Source: Chiloscyllium plagiosum (Eukaryota). Taken from it: 64,000 bases of DNA. The stretch is taken from assembly GCF_004010195.1 (NCBI RefSeq), contig NC_057718.1, positions 24,579,853 to 24,643,852 on the forward strand, given 5' to 3'. Below are positions 63,376 to 64,000 of this stretch, piece by piece (position 1 is the first letter of the stretch; each line of letters begins with the position of its first letter). Below the pieces are notes generated by a model. It was given only the letters and a program-made list of their open reading frames with translations. It was not told the origin of the DNA and did no database searches. Position numbers and translations under genes: made by a program.

Positions 63376-64000
63376 AAAGTGGAGTCTTGAGTCAGAAAAA
63401 CCACAGGAAGGGCAGAGCAAACACACATCAACACTGTAAATGTGTCTTATTCCCTGCTTTCCAGATTAGGACTTTATTCATAAGAGACATTGAGGTGGTG
63501 TGTTGTCCAACTCTGATACTTCAATGAATAAAAACACTTCCTTCTCAGTTGGCTATTTGATTTACTGCAATCAGTCACTCTGTAGTCCTTCTGAATTTTA
63601 AATTCCACACTGTCAAGTGACCATTCTCAAGACTATAAATGAGGGATGTACAGGTGATCCTTCCACCTAATATTGCTGGGATCTAAGTGGTGGTCAGCAC
63701 ATTGTGGAATCTATTTCCTACATTTGTATGCTGTCATAATATGCTATATTCCACCTCGGGAAAAAATATTCTGATCATTCAGATTGATTGATACTTGCAG
63801 AAACACATTGCCACATTAACTAATTTCCAGACTATGGTAAATTTGTATTTAGGGGAAACTTAAACAAACAGTGTTTGTCACATGGGATGCCCACTCTCTT
63901 CCCATTGGAACACACCCATATCCCAAATAGAGATATCTCAGCTGCAGAATAGCAGAACTAAGGCCTCACGATATCCAATTGTTCTCAGGAGCACTGTGTT

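Noticed and set aside
61198..64000. Next upstream RGS7 exon (TPYFWPSNCWEPENTDY)
   Set aside because: Not found by eye in the remaining sequence; the exon downstream of 2742 was also not found, and both presumably lie outside the window

Overview
Repeat-rich vertebrate DNA, very likely a shark (elasmobranch), judged from HE1-type V-SINEs, Deu-SINEs and CR1 families. The whole window appears to lie inside a minus-strand RGS7 gene. Six consecutive coding exons (65, 77, 82, 75, 99 and 62 nt; all GT-AG) can be read between 61197 and 2742, encoding the DHEX region, the linker and the start of the GGL domain. The introns hold: (1) a class I endogenous retrovirus (11919-19777; GAAC target duplication, two LTRs, tRNA-Pro PBS, PPT, env) whose NC-PR-RT block is replaced by ~1.47 kb of unrelated DNA; (2) a decayed Gypsy element; (3) an apparently full-length decayed L1; (4) two LTR-like elements; (5) many CR1, Rex-Babar and SINE fragments; (6) a pogo/Tigger-type MITE; and (7) many Penelope-derived pieces carrying three families of minimal hammerhead-ribozyme motifs. 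Two assembly gaps are present. Exon and provirus boundaries were read to the base; boundaries of degraded repeats are approximate, and family assignments are by recognition, not database search.
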